Shown: positions 46,638-56,164 of the stretch, piece after piece
Position numbering within the stretch: position 1 is the first letter of the stretch
Layout of the letters: the number at the start of each line of letters is the position of its first letter
Assembly: GCA_910588165.1 (NCBI GenBank)
Contig: CAJUOR010000001.1
Span: 5,433-69,432 of the forward strand
Direction of reading: 5' to 3'
Length of the DNA: 64,000 nucleotides
Source: an uncultured Thomasclavelia sp.
GTDB taxonomy: Bacteria; Bacillota_I; Bacilli_A; Erysipelotrichales; Coprobacillaceae
The notes under the pieces: model-generated
What the model saw: the letters and a program-made list of their open reading frames with translations, nothing else
Database searches by the model: none
Told to the model about the DNA's origin: nothing
Program-made: the position numbers and the translations under genes

Positions 46638-47229
46638 CTTGCTTCATCTCCTTAATCATTTCTAAAACATGGCGTGTCGCTTTGGCACGATGAGAATATA
46701 AGTTTTTCTCTTCTAAATTCATTTGAGCAGCGGTTTTCTTCACCAATGGGAAATAGAAAATCGGATCATAACCAAAACCGTTTGTCCCACTTGCCTTTAA
46801 AGCAATTTCACCTTCCATCGTTTCTCTGAAAACAACTGTTTCTTGATTCGGAATAGCGATTGCCATCGCACATACATAGCGTGCAGTACGCTGTGTTTGT
46901 CCTCTTAAAAGCTCCAATAAATAATTGTTTTTTATATCATAAGGTGTATCATGTCCTAAAAAACGTGCTGATTGAACACCCGGTTCTTTATTTAATGCAT
47001 CAATCTCTAAACCTGAATCATCGGCAATGACCATCTTACCTGTCATTTCACAAATAGCTTCTGCCTTAATTTTAGCATTTTCTTCAAATGTAGTGCCTGT
47101 TTCTTCAATATCAATAGGTTGCTCAAAAACATCTTTTAAAGCCTTCACCTGAATATTCAACTCATCAAATAACATTTGCATTTCTTTGACTTTACCTTCA
47201 TTATTTGTAGCCATGATAATTTCTTTCAT
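46630..47229 (-). CDS. rdgB: Non-canonical purine NTP pyrophosphatase (RdgB/HAM1)
   Basis: ATNNEGKVKE, ETGTTFEENA, FGYDPIF motifs. Start set at MKEII after an AAGGAGG RBS. Confidence 0.88.
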   Translation of the reverse strand: MKEIIMATNNEGKVKEMQMLFDELNIQVKALKDVFEQPIDIEETGTTFEENAKIKAEAICEMTGKMVIADDSGLEIDALNKEPGVQSARFLGHDTPYDIKNNYLLELLRGQTQRTARYVCAMAIAIPNQETVVFRETMEGEIALKASGTNGFGYDPIFYFPLVKKTAAQMNLEEKNLYSHRAKATRHVLEMIKEMKQGE

Positions 47230-47320
47230 GCGGGTACCTCCTTTAAACTCAACCACATCATTTTAACATATATAAATAAAAAGCAAAGTATTATTTTCAT
47301 ATTTTAAAAAAAAGCAATTC

Positions 47321-47343
47321 ATCTAATCGCTTTCATGTATAAT
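47321..47343 (+). promoter_or_regulatory. cre-like box overlapping an extended -10 promoter of the ChbG tandem
   Basis: ATCTAATCGCTTTCAT compared with the cre consensus WTGNAANCGNWNNCW has one mismatch, at the conserved G. It abuts TGTATAAT. Confidence 0.3.
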
Positions 47344-47368
47344 GAAAGATAAGAAAAGAGGGAAAAAT

Positions 47369-48124
47369 ATGAAATTAAAAAAATTGATTGTCAATGCCGA
47401 TGATTTTGGTATGACAGAAGGAAACACTATTGCCACTATTATGTGTCATGAAACGGGGATTTTAACATCTACGACTTTAATGGTTAATATGCCATTTGCA
47501 CCTCTAGCTGTCAATTTAGCTAAAAGACATCAAAACTTAGGTGTAGGTATTCACTTAGTTTTAACTGTGGGACGTCCTTTAGTTGAAGGGGCTACTAGCT
47601 ATACAGATGAAGAGGGTAATTTCCGTCGTCCTAGCTCTTATGAAGATGGTAATCCACACGCTAACTTAGATGAACTTTATACAGAATGGAAAGCTCAAAT
47701 TGAAAGATTCATTGAATTGATGGGAAAAAAACCAACACATATTGACTCTCATCACCATGTGCATTTATTGCCTTGGCACTTTGAAGTAACCAAACGCTTA
47801 GCCAACGAATATGATTTACCAATGCGTTTAGAGGAATTTGAAGATGACTATGCTTATCCCCACGCTTATCTTGCCCGTGGTTTTTATGAGGATACAGCTA
47901 ATACTGACTACTTTACAAATGAAACTAATCCATTTGGCTTATTCGATCATGAAATTGCCGAAGTTATGTGTCACCCGGCTTTTATCGATCAAAGATTATT
48001 GGACATGAGCTCCTATGCTCTTCCTCGTGCTAAAGAAATGATGACTTTAAGATCTTCTTTATTGAAAGAATGGGTTCAACAAAACGGCATCGAACTTATT
48101 AACTTTAGTGATTTAAAAAAATAA
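47369..48124 (+). CDS. ChbG/YdjC family carbohydrate deacetylase, copy 1
   Basis: LIVNADDFGMTEG, GVGIHLVLT, HIDSHHHVH motifs. Confidence 0.85.
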   Translation: MKLKKLIVNADDFGMTEGNTIATIMCHETGILTSTTLMVNMPFAPLAVNLAKRHQNLGVGIHLVLTVGRPLVEGATSYTDEEGNFRRPSSYEDGNPHANLDELYTEWKAQIERFIELMGKKPTHIDSHHHVHLLPWHFEVTKRLANEYDLPMRLEEFEDDYAYPHAYLARGFYEDTANTDYFTNETNPFGLFDHEIAEVMCHPAFIDQRLLDMSSYALPRAKEMMTLRSSLLKEWVQQNGIELINFSDLKK

Positions 48125-48142
48125 ACAAAGGAGAATAACGAA

Positions 48143-48895
48143 GTGAAATTAAAAAAATTAATTGTCAATGCGGACGATTTTGGCATAACCGAAGGTCATA
48201 CCATCGCAACAATTATGTGTCATGAAAATGGTATCGTAACTTCCACAACCATGATGACTAATATGCCTTTTGCACCTCTAGCTGCAAAATTAGCGAAAAA
48301 ACACCCGACTTTAGGTGTAGGGATTCACTTAGTTTTAACTGTGGGACGTCCTTTAGTTGAAGGGGCTACTAGTTATATAGATGAAGACGGTAATTTCCGT
48401 CGCCCTAGCTCTTATGAAGATGGTAATCCACACGCCAACTTAGATGAGCTTTATACAGAATGGAAAGCTCAAATTGAAAGATTCATTGAATTGATGGGAA
48501 AAAAACCAACACATATTGACTCCCATCACCACGTTCATATGTTACCTTGGCACTTTGAAGTAACAAAACGTTTAGCTAATGAATATGATATTCCTATGCG
48601 TTTAAAGGAATTTGATGAAGATTACAAATATCCGCACGCTTATTTAATAGGAGATTTTTACAAAGATAAAGCTGTTCCTGAATATTTCAGTGATGCAACT
48701 GCTTCTGATTTCTTAAATAAAGAATGTGCCGAGATTATGTGCCATCCGGCTTTTGTCGATCAAAGATTATTAGACATGAGCTCATATACTAAAGACAGAG
48801 CTAAGGAAATGGCGATTTTACGTGATCCCAAAGTCAAGGCTTGGATTGAAGAAAATCATATTGAATTGATTAGCTTTGCCGATTTTAAAAAATAA
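48143..48895 (+). CDS. ChbG/YdjC family carbohydrate deacetylase, copy 2 (GTG start)
   Basis: LIVNADDFGITEG, GVGIHLVLT, HIDSHHHVH motifs. RBS AAAGGAG. Tandem paralog of copy 1. Confidence 0.85.
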   Translation: MKLKKLIVNADDFGITEGHTIATIMCHENGIVTSTTMMTNMPFAPLAAKLAKKHPTLGVGIHLVLTVGRPLVEGATSYIDEDGNFRRPSSYEDGNPHANLDELYTEWKAQIERFIELMGKKPTHIDSHHHVHMLPWHFEVTKRLANEYDIPMRLKEFDEDYKYPHAYLIGDFYKDKAVPEYFSDATASDFLNKECAEIMCHPAFVDQRLLDMSSYTKDRAKEMAILRDPKVKAWIEENHIELISFADFKK

Positions 48896-48898
48896 CGA

Positions 48899-48933
48899 CA
48901 ATCCCTATGAGTAGCATTCATAGGGATTTTTAT
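48899..48933 (+). terminator. Terminator of the ChbG tandem
   Basis: AATCCCTATGA-loop-TCATAGGGATT followed by TTTTAT. Confidence 0.8.
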
Positions 48934-49000
48934 ATTTCTCTTTACTTCCTTGTTATTTTTAGGTATCATTTTGAATAGAGAAAAATAAGGGGGAAATGCC

Positions 49001-50017
49001 ATGGCAATTATTTTACCTAAAAACTATCATTCAAAATTAAATCTTCAAGAAACGGAAATTGCGATTAAATTGATTAAAGATACATTTGAAAGAAGATTAG
49101 CGGAGTCACTACGCTTAACCCGTGTTTCCGCACCTTTATTTGTGAATGCGAGCAGTGGCTTAAACGATGACTTAAATGATGTCGAGCGCCCTGTCAGCTT
49201 TGATATTCCCGATATTCACGAGGACAATATTCAAATTGTTCATTCATTGGCAAAATGGAAAAGACACGCCCTCCATCGTTACCATTTCGGCACTTTAGAG
49301 GGACTGTATACAGATATGAACGCGATTAGAAGAGATGAAACCTTAGATAACCTGCACTCTGTCTATGTCGATCAATGGGATTGGGAATTAGTCATTTCTA
49401 AGGAAGAGCGCTGTGAAAAATTCTTATATTATACCGTCAATAAAATTTATAGTGTGCTGCAAGAAATCGAATATTTAATGCATAAACGCTACCCACAATT
49501 AGAAGATAGTGCCGATTGCTTACCATCGACCATCTATTTTATTACAAGTCAGGAGTTAGAGAACCGTTATCCTAACTTAACCCCTAAACAAAGAGAGTAC
49601 AAAATTACAAAACAACATAAAGCCGTCTTTATCTCAAAAATCGGTTATCCTCTAAGTTCCGGTCAAGCCCATGACAAACGAGCACCTGATTATGACGATT
49701 GGGAGCTTAACGGTGACATTTTAGTCTTCTATCCTTTACTAGACTGCGCTTTAGAGCTATCTAGTATGGGAATTCGGGTTGATGAGAACACCTTGAAAAA
49801 GCAATTGGAAGTGGCAAACGCAACGCACAAAATAGCTTTTCCTTATCACCAAGAAGTTTTAAATAAAGTCCTACCCTTAACAATCGGAGGAGGCATCGGT
49901 CAATCAAGACTTTGTATGTACTTCCTTAAAAAAGCCCATATCGGTGAAGTTCAGGCTTCAATATGGTCTGATGAAACCCTAGAGATTTGTGCTAAACATC
50001 ATATTCATTTACTCTAA
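49001..50017 (+). CDS. asnA: Aspartate--ammonia ligase (asparagine synthetase A)
   Basis: LTRVSAPLFV...SGLNDDLN...ERPVSF and GGGIGQSRLCMYFL motifs. Confidence 0.9.
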   Translation: MAIILPKNYHSKLNLQETEIAIKLIKDTFERRLAESLRLTRVSAPLFVNASSGLNDDLNDVERPVSFDIPDIHEDNIQIVHSLAKWKRHALHRYHFGTLEGLYTDMNAIRRDETLDNLHSVYVDQWDWELVISKEERCEKFLYYTVNKIYSVLQEIEYLMHKRYPQLEDSADCLPSTIYFITSQELENRYPNLTPKQREYKITKQHKAVFISKIGYPLSSGQAHDKRAPDYDDWELNGDILVFYPLLDCALELSSMGIRVDENTLKKQLEVANATHKIAFPYHQEVLNKVLPLTIGGGIGQSRLCMYFLKKAHIGEVQASIWSDETLEICAKHHIHLL

Positions 50018-50078
50018 GTGACCGCTTGTGGTCACTTTTTTTAGTTCTTAGCATAACTTAAGATAGAGGTGACTGACT

Positions 50079-50540
50079 ATGCAAATATTTAGATTTTTAC
50101 TCATACCGTTTTTAACGTATGTTTTATCACTTGTCAAGGTTCAAAAAACGGTTTTCAAATTTCTCAATCCCCAAAATCATTGTCCCTATCAAAAAACAAA
50201 ATGGTTATGGGTTCCTTTATTAATTCAAACTATTATTGAATATCCTACACATACCTATTTAGCTTATTTGCCCACCCGCCTATGTATGATAATCCTAACT
50301 TTATTGTCGATGTTTCTAACATCTAGCTTTCTCCAATATGTTTTACAGACAAATCATAAAACAATCGACATTCTTAGCTATATTACAGCTTTAACGCTCG
50401 GCTTTCTTTTTGAAAGCTATTATATCACCGCTTTGCTGACCTTTCACCCTTACGATCCGATTTTTGCCTTTTTAGGCTTGATTTTTCTATTATTGATTTA
50501 TATCTTAAATGATTTTTATTTAGAAGATACTTCTTCGTAG
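50079..50540 (+). CDS. Hypothetical membrane protein
   Basis: 153 aa with 4-5 hydrophobic segments. No motif recognised. Confidence 0.4.
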   Translation: MQIFRFLLIPFLTYVLSLVKVQKTVFKFLNPQNHCPYQKTKWLWVPLLIQTIIEYPTHTYLAYLPTRLCMIILTLLSMFLTSSFLQYVLQTNHKTIDILSYITALTLGFLFESYYITALLTFHPYDPIFAFLGLIFLLLIYILNDFYLEDTSS

Positions 50541-50609
50541 TCATAGAAAAGCAGTAACCTTATAAATAAAAAGATGGAAGCTTAATGTTCCACCTTCATT
50601 TGACATCAT

Positions 50610-51875
50610 CTATTCACAAGCGATTCGCACTTTTTCTAAAAGAATGGCACTTGGTACAACCGCATTGTTGTATTTTGATAATTCTTTTGAGAGAACCATC
50701 GTTTTTTCATTATCCTTAATATTGCCCGAAATACTGCCTTTGGATATAACTACTTTTTTCTCTCCATCAAAATAATAACCTAGACGAATTTCACCATTAA
50801 AATCCCCGGTAATCGGGTGACATAAGAAATCAGAAAACTGAACAATTTCAAGATAAGGCTCACTTTTCATCTTCTCAAGAGTTATTGAACCGGGAGCTAT
50901 CTTAAAGTTATAAACCATCGTTGTATCCAAATTGTCCGTATAACTTGAAAAAATATGATCACCCCAGAAATTTTGAACTTGTCCCTTGTCGACTAGAGTC
51001 ACTTGACGGCATGGTCGCCCTTCTCTATCATAGGCAAAGTTCATAGAAGAATGCTCTAAATAAGGCAAGCCTTCTAAATGAAAATCAGCTGGTCCTAGCT
51101 TATCGCCAATTGCAACAGTGCTATATTGTTGATAGAGTGCATCAACCCGTAACTGAAATAAGTAGTATCTGAAAATAGACAACACATTTTCCTGACTGAT
51201 AATAATACGCTGACAGATATGTTGCTGTTTTAAAGGCTCTGCTTTGACACGATCTTTAGCCTGTCTAGTCGCTTTACCTAATTGATGTTTTAATTCCACA
51301 ATATTCGGTTCTCCAAAATGAATATCTTGATAGATTTCTATTTCATGATCTTCATTTTTGGCGTTGATAATCACTTCTAATTCATGACTAGGATAACTGT
51401 AAGTAACATCAACCCCTTTAGAATTGACAATGCGTACCTCAGTCATACTTTCAAATAATTCATATGAGTTTAAAGCGATATCCTCGTCTTCATGGAAATC
51501 AGCCATGACATCAAAAACACCTTGAATCGTTCCTAAAGAAGAAGATGCTTTCCCTTCTATATCAGAAGATGGGGAAGGTAATTCATAATATGGGTTCTTG
51601 ACATAACCGGCTTCTTTAACTAAATCACAAATACGCTCTTGAATGCGTTTAATATCCCATGCTTCACTTAATTTGCATGAGGCACTGCCTTTATAACGTT
51701 CATTGCATTCATAAATCGTTTGATAAACCGTTAAATAGAAATGCTTCACTTTTTTAGCTCTGGACATATCTAATTTTTTGCCTATGCAAAACCACTCTTT
51801 GCCGTAAACTGTTTCTTCCACAATTAAATATTCATTGATTTTTTCTTCCTTTAAAGCTTGTAGGATTTTTTCCAT
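50610..51875 (-). CDS. pmbA: TldE/PmbA family metallopeptidase subunit
   Basis: 421 aa, directly downstream (1-nt gap) of the TldD homolog. Lacks HExxxH, as is typical for PmbA. Confidence 0.7.
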   Translation of the reverse strand: MEKILQALKEEKINEYLIVEETVYGKEWFCIGKKLDMSRAKKVKHFYLTVYQTIYECNERYKGSASCKLSEAWDIKRIQERICDLVKEAGYVKNPYYELPSPSSDIEGKASSSLGTIQGVFDVMADFHEDEDIALNSYELFESMTEVRIVNSKGVDVTYSYPSHELEVIINAKNEDHEIEIYQDIHFGEPNIVELKHQLGKATRQAKDRVKAEPLKQQHICQRIIISQENVLSIFRYYLFQLRVDALYQQYSTVAIGDKLGPADFHLEGLPYLEHSSMNFAYDREGRPCRQVTLVDKGQVQNFWGDHIFSSYTDNLDTTMVYNFKIAPGSITLEKMKSEPYLEIVQFSDFLCHPITGDFNGEIRLGYYFDGEKKVVISKGSISGNIKDNEKTMVLSKELSKYNNAVVPSAILLEKVRIACE

Positions 51876-51876
51876 T

Positions 51877-53304
51877 TTAACCTAACCTCGCTTTCGCTTT
51901 TAAGTAAGGTCCGCCATCACTGACTTTAACCCATTCTTTATAGCCCTTGCCACAAGACCCGCCACCATGTAAGACAACTTCATCACTAACCATTGTAATA
52001 GATTTCAAAAGCTCAGGCACATAGCCGGTCAAAATCACCGGTGCAAAAATTCTACCTGTCAATTGTCCATCTACAATTTCTTTAGCTTTAGCTAAAACGC
52101 ATTGAATCCCCCAATGCTTAGGATCTTCCATGCCCGAATTAACCCCATCTAACAAGAACCCATATCGAATAGAGGCAATCATATCTTCAACTTTCGATTC
52201 ACCTTTTTCAAAATAAGTATTTGTCATACGGCTGTACGCCTTACGTTCAAAGGATTCACGACGTCCATTACCTGTCAACTTTGACTTTAAACGAAGTCCC
52301 GAAGCCTCATCACAAATGCCTTGTTGCAAAATACCTTTTTCAATCAAAACCGTTTCTTGTCCTAGGTTTCCTTCATCATCAAATAAGTAGCTTGCAACTT
52401 CTTCTTTTGGAAGAGCCCCGTCTACCATCGTCACCAAAGGACTAGCTACGACTTCGCCGATATGATTTTTAGCTAAGGCACGATTTTTCACAAACATATC
52501 CATTTCAACCCCATGACCGAAAGCTTCGTGGGCGATAACGCCACTGACAAGCGGTGTACAAATAACATCATAGACACCCGGTGTCAGAGGTTCACTTTTT
52601 AGAAGTTCCAACGCTTCTTTAGCAACTAACTCTATTTTTTCATCTATACACTCTAAAATTTCAAGACCTTTAAGCCCTGTTGCAAATTGATATTCCGAGA
52701 AAACTTTATCACCTTCACGAACAGTGGCATTAACCATTAGTTCGGAGTACATATAACCCTGATATAATTCTTTACATGAAGCGATAAACGCTTTAGAAAC
52801 ATGAACATTATTTAACGTAATAACTGCATTAACAATTCTCTCATCAAAAGCTAAAAGCTTATCTTTAGCTTTGGTAAGTATTCCAATAACAGCAGCTACA
52901 CCTATTTCATCTAAAGAAGTTTGAATTGTCTTTTCGTCACTTTCATAAATCATCGCATCACTGCACATGATTTCATCAAAATTTTCCAAATGGGATTCTC
53001 TTTGAATTTGTAAATCTTCTAAATACAGTTTTTTCACAAGCTCGAATATCACTGCCGGTTCATCCCACTCATTAAACGAATATTCAAAATAACGCCCGGC
53101 TTTTAAAACACGCACAACAAAGCCACATTCATTACCTGAAAAATCCTGAATGCTTGTCGCTTTGGCAGTAACTGAAAATGTCTTTCCTTTTGTATCACTG
53201 CCTAAGATACTCGCATAATCAAAATAATTCATTAATAATGCCACTAATTCTGTCATTACATCTATTTTATCTCTTAAATAACTTGAACACTTTATTTTAG
53301 CCAT
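51877..53304 (-). CDS. tldD: TldD family metallopeptidase
   Basis: HEAFGHG zinc motif and a GGSCGKG-type C-terminal region, 475 aa. Confidence 0.85.
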   Translation of the reverse strand: MAKIKCSSYLRDKIDVMTELVALLMNYFDYASILGSDTKGKTFSVTAKATSIQDFSGNECGFVVRVLKAGRYFEYSFNEWDEPAVIFELVKKLYLEDLQIQRESHLENFDEIMCSDAMIYESDEKTIQTSLDEIGVAAVIGILTKAKDKLLAFDERIVNAVITLNNVHVSKAFIASCKELYQGYMYSELMVNATVREGDKVFSEYQFATGLKGLEILECIDEKIELVAKEALELLKSEPLTPGVYDVICTPLVSGVIAHEAFGHGVEMDMFVKNRALAKNHIGEVVASPLVTMVDGALPKEEVASYLFDDEGNLGQETVLIEKGILQQGICDEASGLRLKSKLTGNGRRESFERKAYSRMTNTYFEKGESKVEDMIASIRYGFLLDGVNSGMEDPKHWGIQCVLAKAKEIVDGQLTGRIFAPVILTGYVPELLKSITMVSDEVVLHGGGSCGKGYKEWVKVSDGGPYLKAKARLG

Positions 53305-53325
53305 GCTGACCTCCTTCTACCATAA

Positions 53326-53356
53326 ATAAAAAAGAGATATGGTATCCATATCTCTA
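53326..53356 (-). terminator. Terminator of the riboswitch-controlled P-type ATPase
   Basis: Minus strand AGAGATATGG-ata-CCATATCTCT followed by TTTTTTAT. Confidence 0.75.
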
Positions 53357-53384
53357 TTATAATTAATTCATCTAACAAATTGAA
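53356..53384 (-). promoter_or_regulatory. Candidate tldD-pmbA promoter abutting the terminator
   Basis: Minus strand TTCAAT-17 nt-TATAAT. The predicted start site would fall inside the 5' arm of the terminator hairpin. Confidence 0.35.
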
Positions 53385-53440
53385 GCGAAATATGCTATAA
53401 ATGCCTATTTTTTCATATAATTGCCGACTTTTTTCAATCA

Positions 53441-56011
53441 TTAAACCCGTTTTCTATGAAAAAGCTTCAATATCTCATTAAAGATAATTGTTGTCATGGA
53501 AATACCGAAGACAAAAATCCAATCTCTGACACTTAACAAGAAGGTATCAAAGATACTACTAATCAACGGCACAATCGCCACGACCATCTGTAAAGCTAAG
53601 CCTAACACAAAAGCCCCTAACAGATATTTATTTTTGAAAACACCTGTTGTGAAAATAGAATGTTTTAAACTATGCAAGTTAAACGCATGGAATAACTGAC
53701 TGATTGAAAGGACCATAAATGCCATCGTTTGAGCGTGTTGCAATGATTCCGGATAATGATGTGTTCCATAATAAAAACTAACTAATGTTATCAAACCGAT
53801 AAATAAACCATTCGCAATCACAAAGAAAGTTCCGCCGTCCGCAAAGATAGATTGATCTCTTGGTTGTGGTTTCATTTTCATTAAATCTCCGTCATCACCA
53901 TCTACCCCTAAGGCTAAAGCCGGAAGCGTATCAGTAATTAAGTTTACCCACAAAATATGAATAGCTCGAAGCGGTGTCGCCCAATTCAAAACAATCGCCG
54001 TAAATAGCGCTACTGCCTCACCGATATTACATGATAATAAGAATAAAATCGCTTTTTTGATATTTTGGAAAATACCCCGACCTTCTTTAACAGCCGTAAC
54101 GATAGTGGCAAAGTTATCATCGGCTAAAATCATATCGCCGGCTTCTTTGGAAACATCACTGCCGGTAATGCCCATAGCTACACCGATATCAGCGGCTTTT
54201 AAACTCGGCGCATCATTGACACCATCGCCGGTCATTGACACCACATAGCCTTTAGACTGTAAAGCTTGAACAACCATCACTTTATGCTCAGGCTGAACAC
54301 GAGCAAAAACACGATATTTATCGATGGTCGTATTTAAATCTTCCTGCGTCATAGTACTTAAGGTTTGTCCATTCATAACTTGACTAGCATCATCGGCAAT
54401 ACCTACTTCCTGAGCGATTGCCAAAGCTGTATCTTGATGATCACCTGTAATCATGACTGTTCGAATACCTGCCCCTTTAGCGACTTGAATCGCTTCTTTC
54501 ACCTCAGTACGAGCAGGGTCAATCATTCCCACTAATCCGATAAAGCATAAATCACTTTCCATGGGAGCATCTTTTTGGTACTTGCGATAAGCTAAAGCTA
54601 AAACCCGCATTGCTTTTTGTGCCATGAGTTTACTAGCTTCACTAATTTCAGCTAACACTGTATCTATGGCCACTTTTTCATGATTGATATAGGCGAAATC
54701 ACAATGTTCCAATAAACAGTCCAAAGCCCCTTTGGTATAAACAATCTTCTCGCCATTGATATGATGAGCAGTACTCATCAACTTTCGATCAGAGTCAAAT
54801 GGTAACTCATCAAAACGAGGATAGGCTTGATCCAAAGCTTTTTTAGAGAGCTGAAGTTGACTTCCCATATCCAATAAAGCAATTTCAGTCGGATCGCCTG
54901 TCAAAGAATCTTCATTGCTTGCATCATTACATAACATCATACCTTCAATTAAAAGACGATGTTCTTCTTGTTCTAGTTTATCTATTTCATCTAAGATGCC
55001 ATTCATATAAAACATTTTAACTGTCATCTTATTTTGTGTAATTGTTCCTGTCTTGTCTGAGCAGATAACATTGACACTACCTAAAGTTTCAACAGCAGGT
55101 AACTTCTTGACAATAGATTGACGCTTAGCCATTTTTTCCACACCTAGAGCCAAAACAATAGTTACGACGGCTGTCAAGCCTTCCGGAATAATCGCAACAG
55201 CTAAAGAGATAGAAGTGATGAGCATTTCCATTGCATCTCGTCCTTGAAGTAAACCGACAATAAACATTAAAACACAGATACCCACGCATAATTTGCCGAG
55301 TTGTTTACTTAAAGCAGCCAACTTTAACTGTAAAGGTGTCAAACGATTGTCCTCTTTATCTAACATTTTGGCAATTTTACCGATTTGCGTATCCATGCCA
55401 ATCGCCCCTACAATACCCTCACCTCGACCATAAGTGACAAAAGTTGACATGAATGCCTGATTGACACGTTCAGCTAAAGGCGTATCTTCGTTGATTTCCT
55501 TGGCTTCTTTTTCAACCGGCACCGATTCACCGGTTAAAGCAGATTCGTCAATTTTCAAATTAGCTGTTGTTGTTAAATATAAATCAGCCGGAATATAGCG
55601 CCCCGCCTCTAAGCTAACAACATCTCCCACAACTAAGTCGCTGACATTAACGGTTTCTAAAACCCCATTTCTTTTTACGACAGTCATTGGACTTGCCATT
55701 TTCTGTAAAGCCTCCAATGACTTTTGAGCTTTATTTTCCTGTGCAATCCCAATAGCTGCATTTAATATGATAACCACAAGGATAATGAGGGCATCAATAG
55801 CCTCACCAATCACCATTGAAATAATAGCTGCTGCCATTAAAATATAAATCATAGGATCTTTTAATTGATCTTTAAGCTTGGCAAACAACGTTTTTTTAGG
55901 TTCACCTTTTAATTCATTCTTACCTAAAGCTTGACGCTTCTTCACTTCAGTGGCATCTAAACCTCGCATAAGATTTGTGTTAAACTTTCGTTCCAAATTT
56001 TCTTGGTACAT
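53441..56011 (-). CDS. P-type cation-transporting ATPase (type IIA, Ca2+/Mn2+-type)
   Basis: TGES, ICSDKTGTIT, MITGDH, TGDGVNDAPSLKAA motifs. Start set at MYQENL after an AAAGGAGAT RBS. The track's upstream extension covers the riboswitch. Confidence 0.88.
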   Translation of the reverse strand: MYQENLERKFNTNLMRGLDATEVKKRQALGKNELKGEPKKTLFAKLKDQLKDPMIYILMAAAIISMVIGEAIDALIILVVIILNAAIGIAQENKAQKSLEALQKMASPMTVVKRNGVLETVNVSDLVVGDVVSLEAGRYIPADLYLTTTANLKIDESALTGESVPVEKEAKEINEDTPLAERVNQAFMSTFVTYGRGEGIVGAIGMDTQIGKIAKMLDKEDNRLTPLQLKLAALSKQLGKLCVGICVLMFIVGLLQGRDAMEMLITSISLAVAIIPEGLTAVVTIVLALGVEKMAKRQSIVKKLPAVETLGSVNVICSDKTGTITQNKMTVKMFYMNGILDEIDKLEQEEHRLLIEGMMLCNDASNEDSLTGDPTEIALLDMGSQLQLSKKALDQAYPRFDELPFDSDRKLMSTAHHINGEKIVYTKGALDCLLEHCDFAYINHEKVAIDTVLAEISEASKLMAQKAMRVLALAYRKYQKDAPMESDLCFIGLVGMIDPARTEVKEAIQVAKGAGIRTVMITGDHQDTALAIAQEVGIADDASQVMNGQTLSTMTQEDLNTTIDKYRVFARVQPEHKVMVVQALQSKGYVVSMTGDGVNDAPSLKAADIGVAMGITGSDVSKEAGDMILADDNFATIVTAVKEGRGIFQNIKKAILFLLSCNIGEAVALFTAIVLNWATPLRAIHILWVNLITDTLPALALGVDGDDGDLMKMKPQPRDQSIFADGGTFFVIANGLFIGLITLVSFYYGTHHYPESLQHAQTMAFMVLSISQLFHAFNLHSLKHSIFTTGVFKNKYLLGAFVLGLALQMVVAIVPLISSIFDTFLLSVRDWIFVFGISMTTIIFNEILKLFHRKRV

Positions 56012-56029
56012 TGTCCTATCTCCTTTCAT

Positions 56030-56158
56030 AAACAGAAAAGACTTATGATTGTCCTTTCTGTGTCCAACCATAAGTCTTGCAATTTCATTCTTTACCAGGC
56101 AATATGTCCGAAATGATGATAAAGAAACCAAATCTATTGGTTTGCTACTCCCCTATGT
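56030..56158 (-). ncRNA. yybP-ykoY (Mn2+-sensing) riboswitch with terminator expression platform
   Basis: Minus strand ACAUAGGGGAGUAGC...UCGGACAUA...UUGCAAGACUUAUGG matches the hallmark GGGGAGUAGC, GACAUA and GCAAGAC elements of this class. The 3' aptamer strand overlaps the terminator AAGACUUAUG-N21-CAUAAGUCUU plus UUUCUGUUU. Confidence 0.75.
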
Positions 56159-56164
56159 ATTTTT

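Noticed and set aside
56012-56131. N-terminal 40-aa extension of the second P-type ATPase in the ORF track (MVSLSSFRTY...)
   Set aside because: The extension runs through the terminator stem and aptamer of the Mn2+ riboswitch. A strong RBS precedes the internal MYQENL start, which aligns with the paralog N-terminus.
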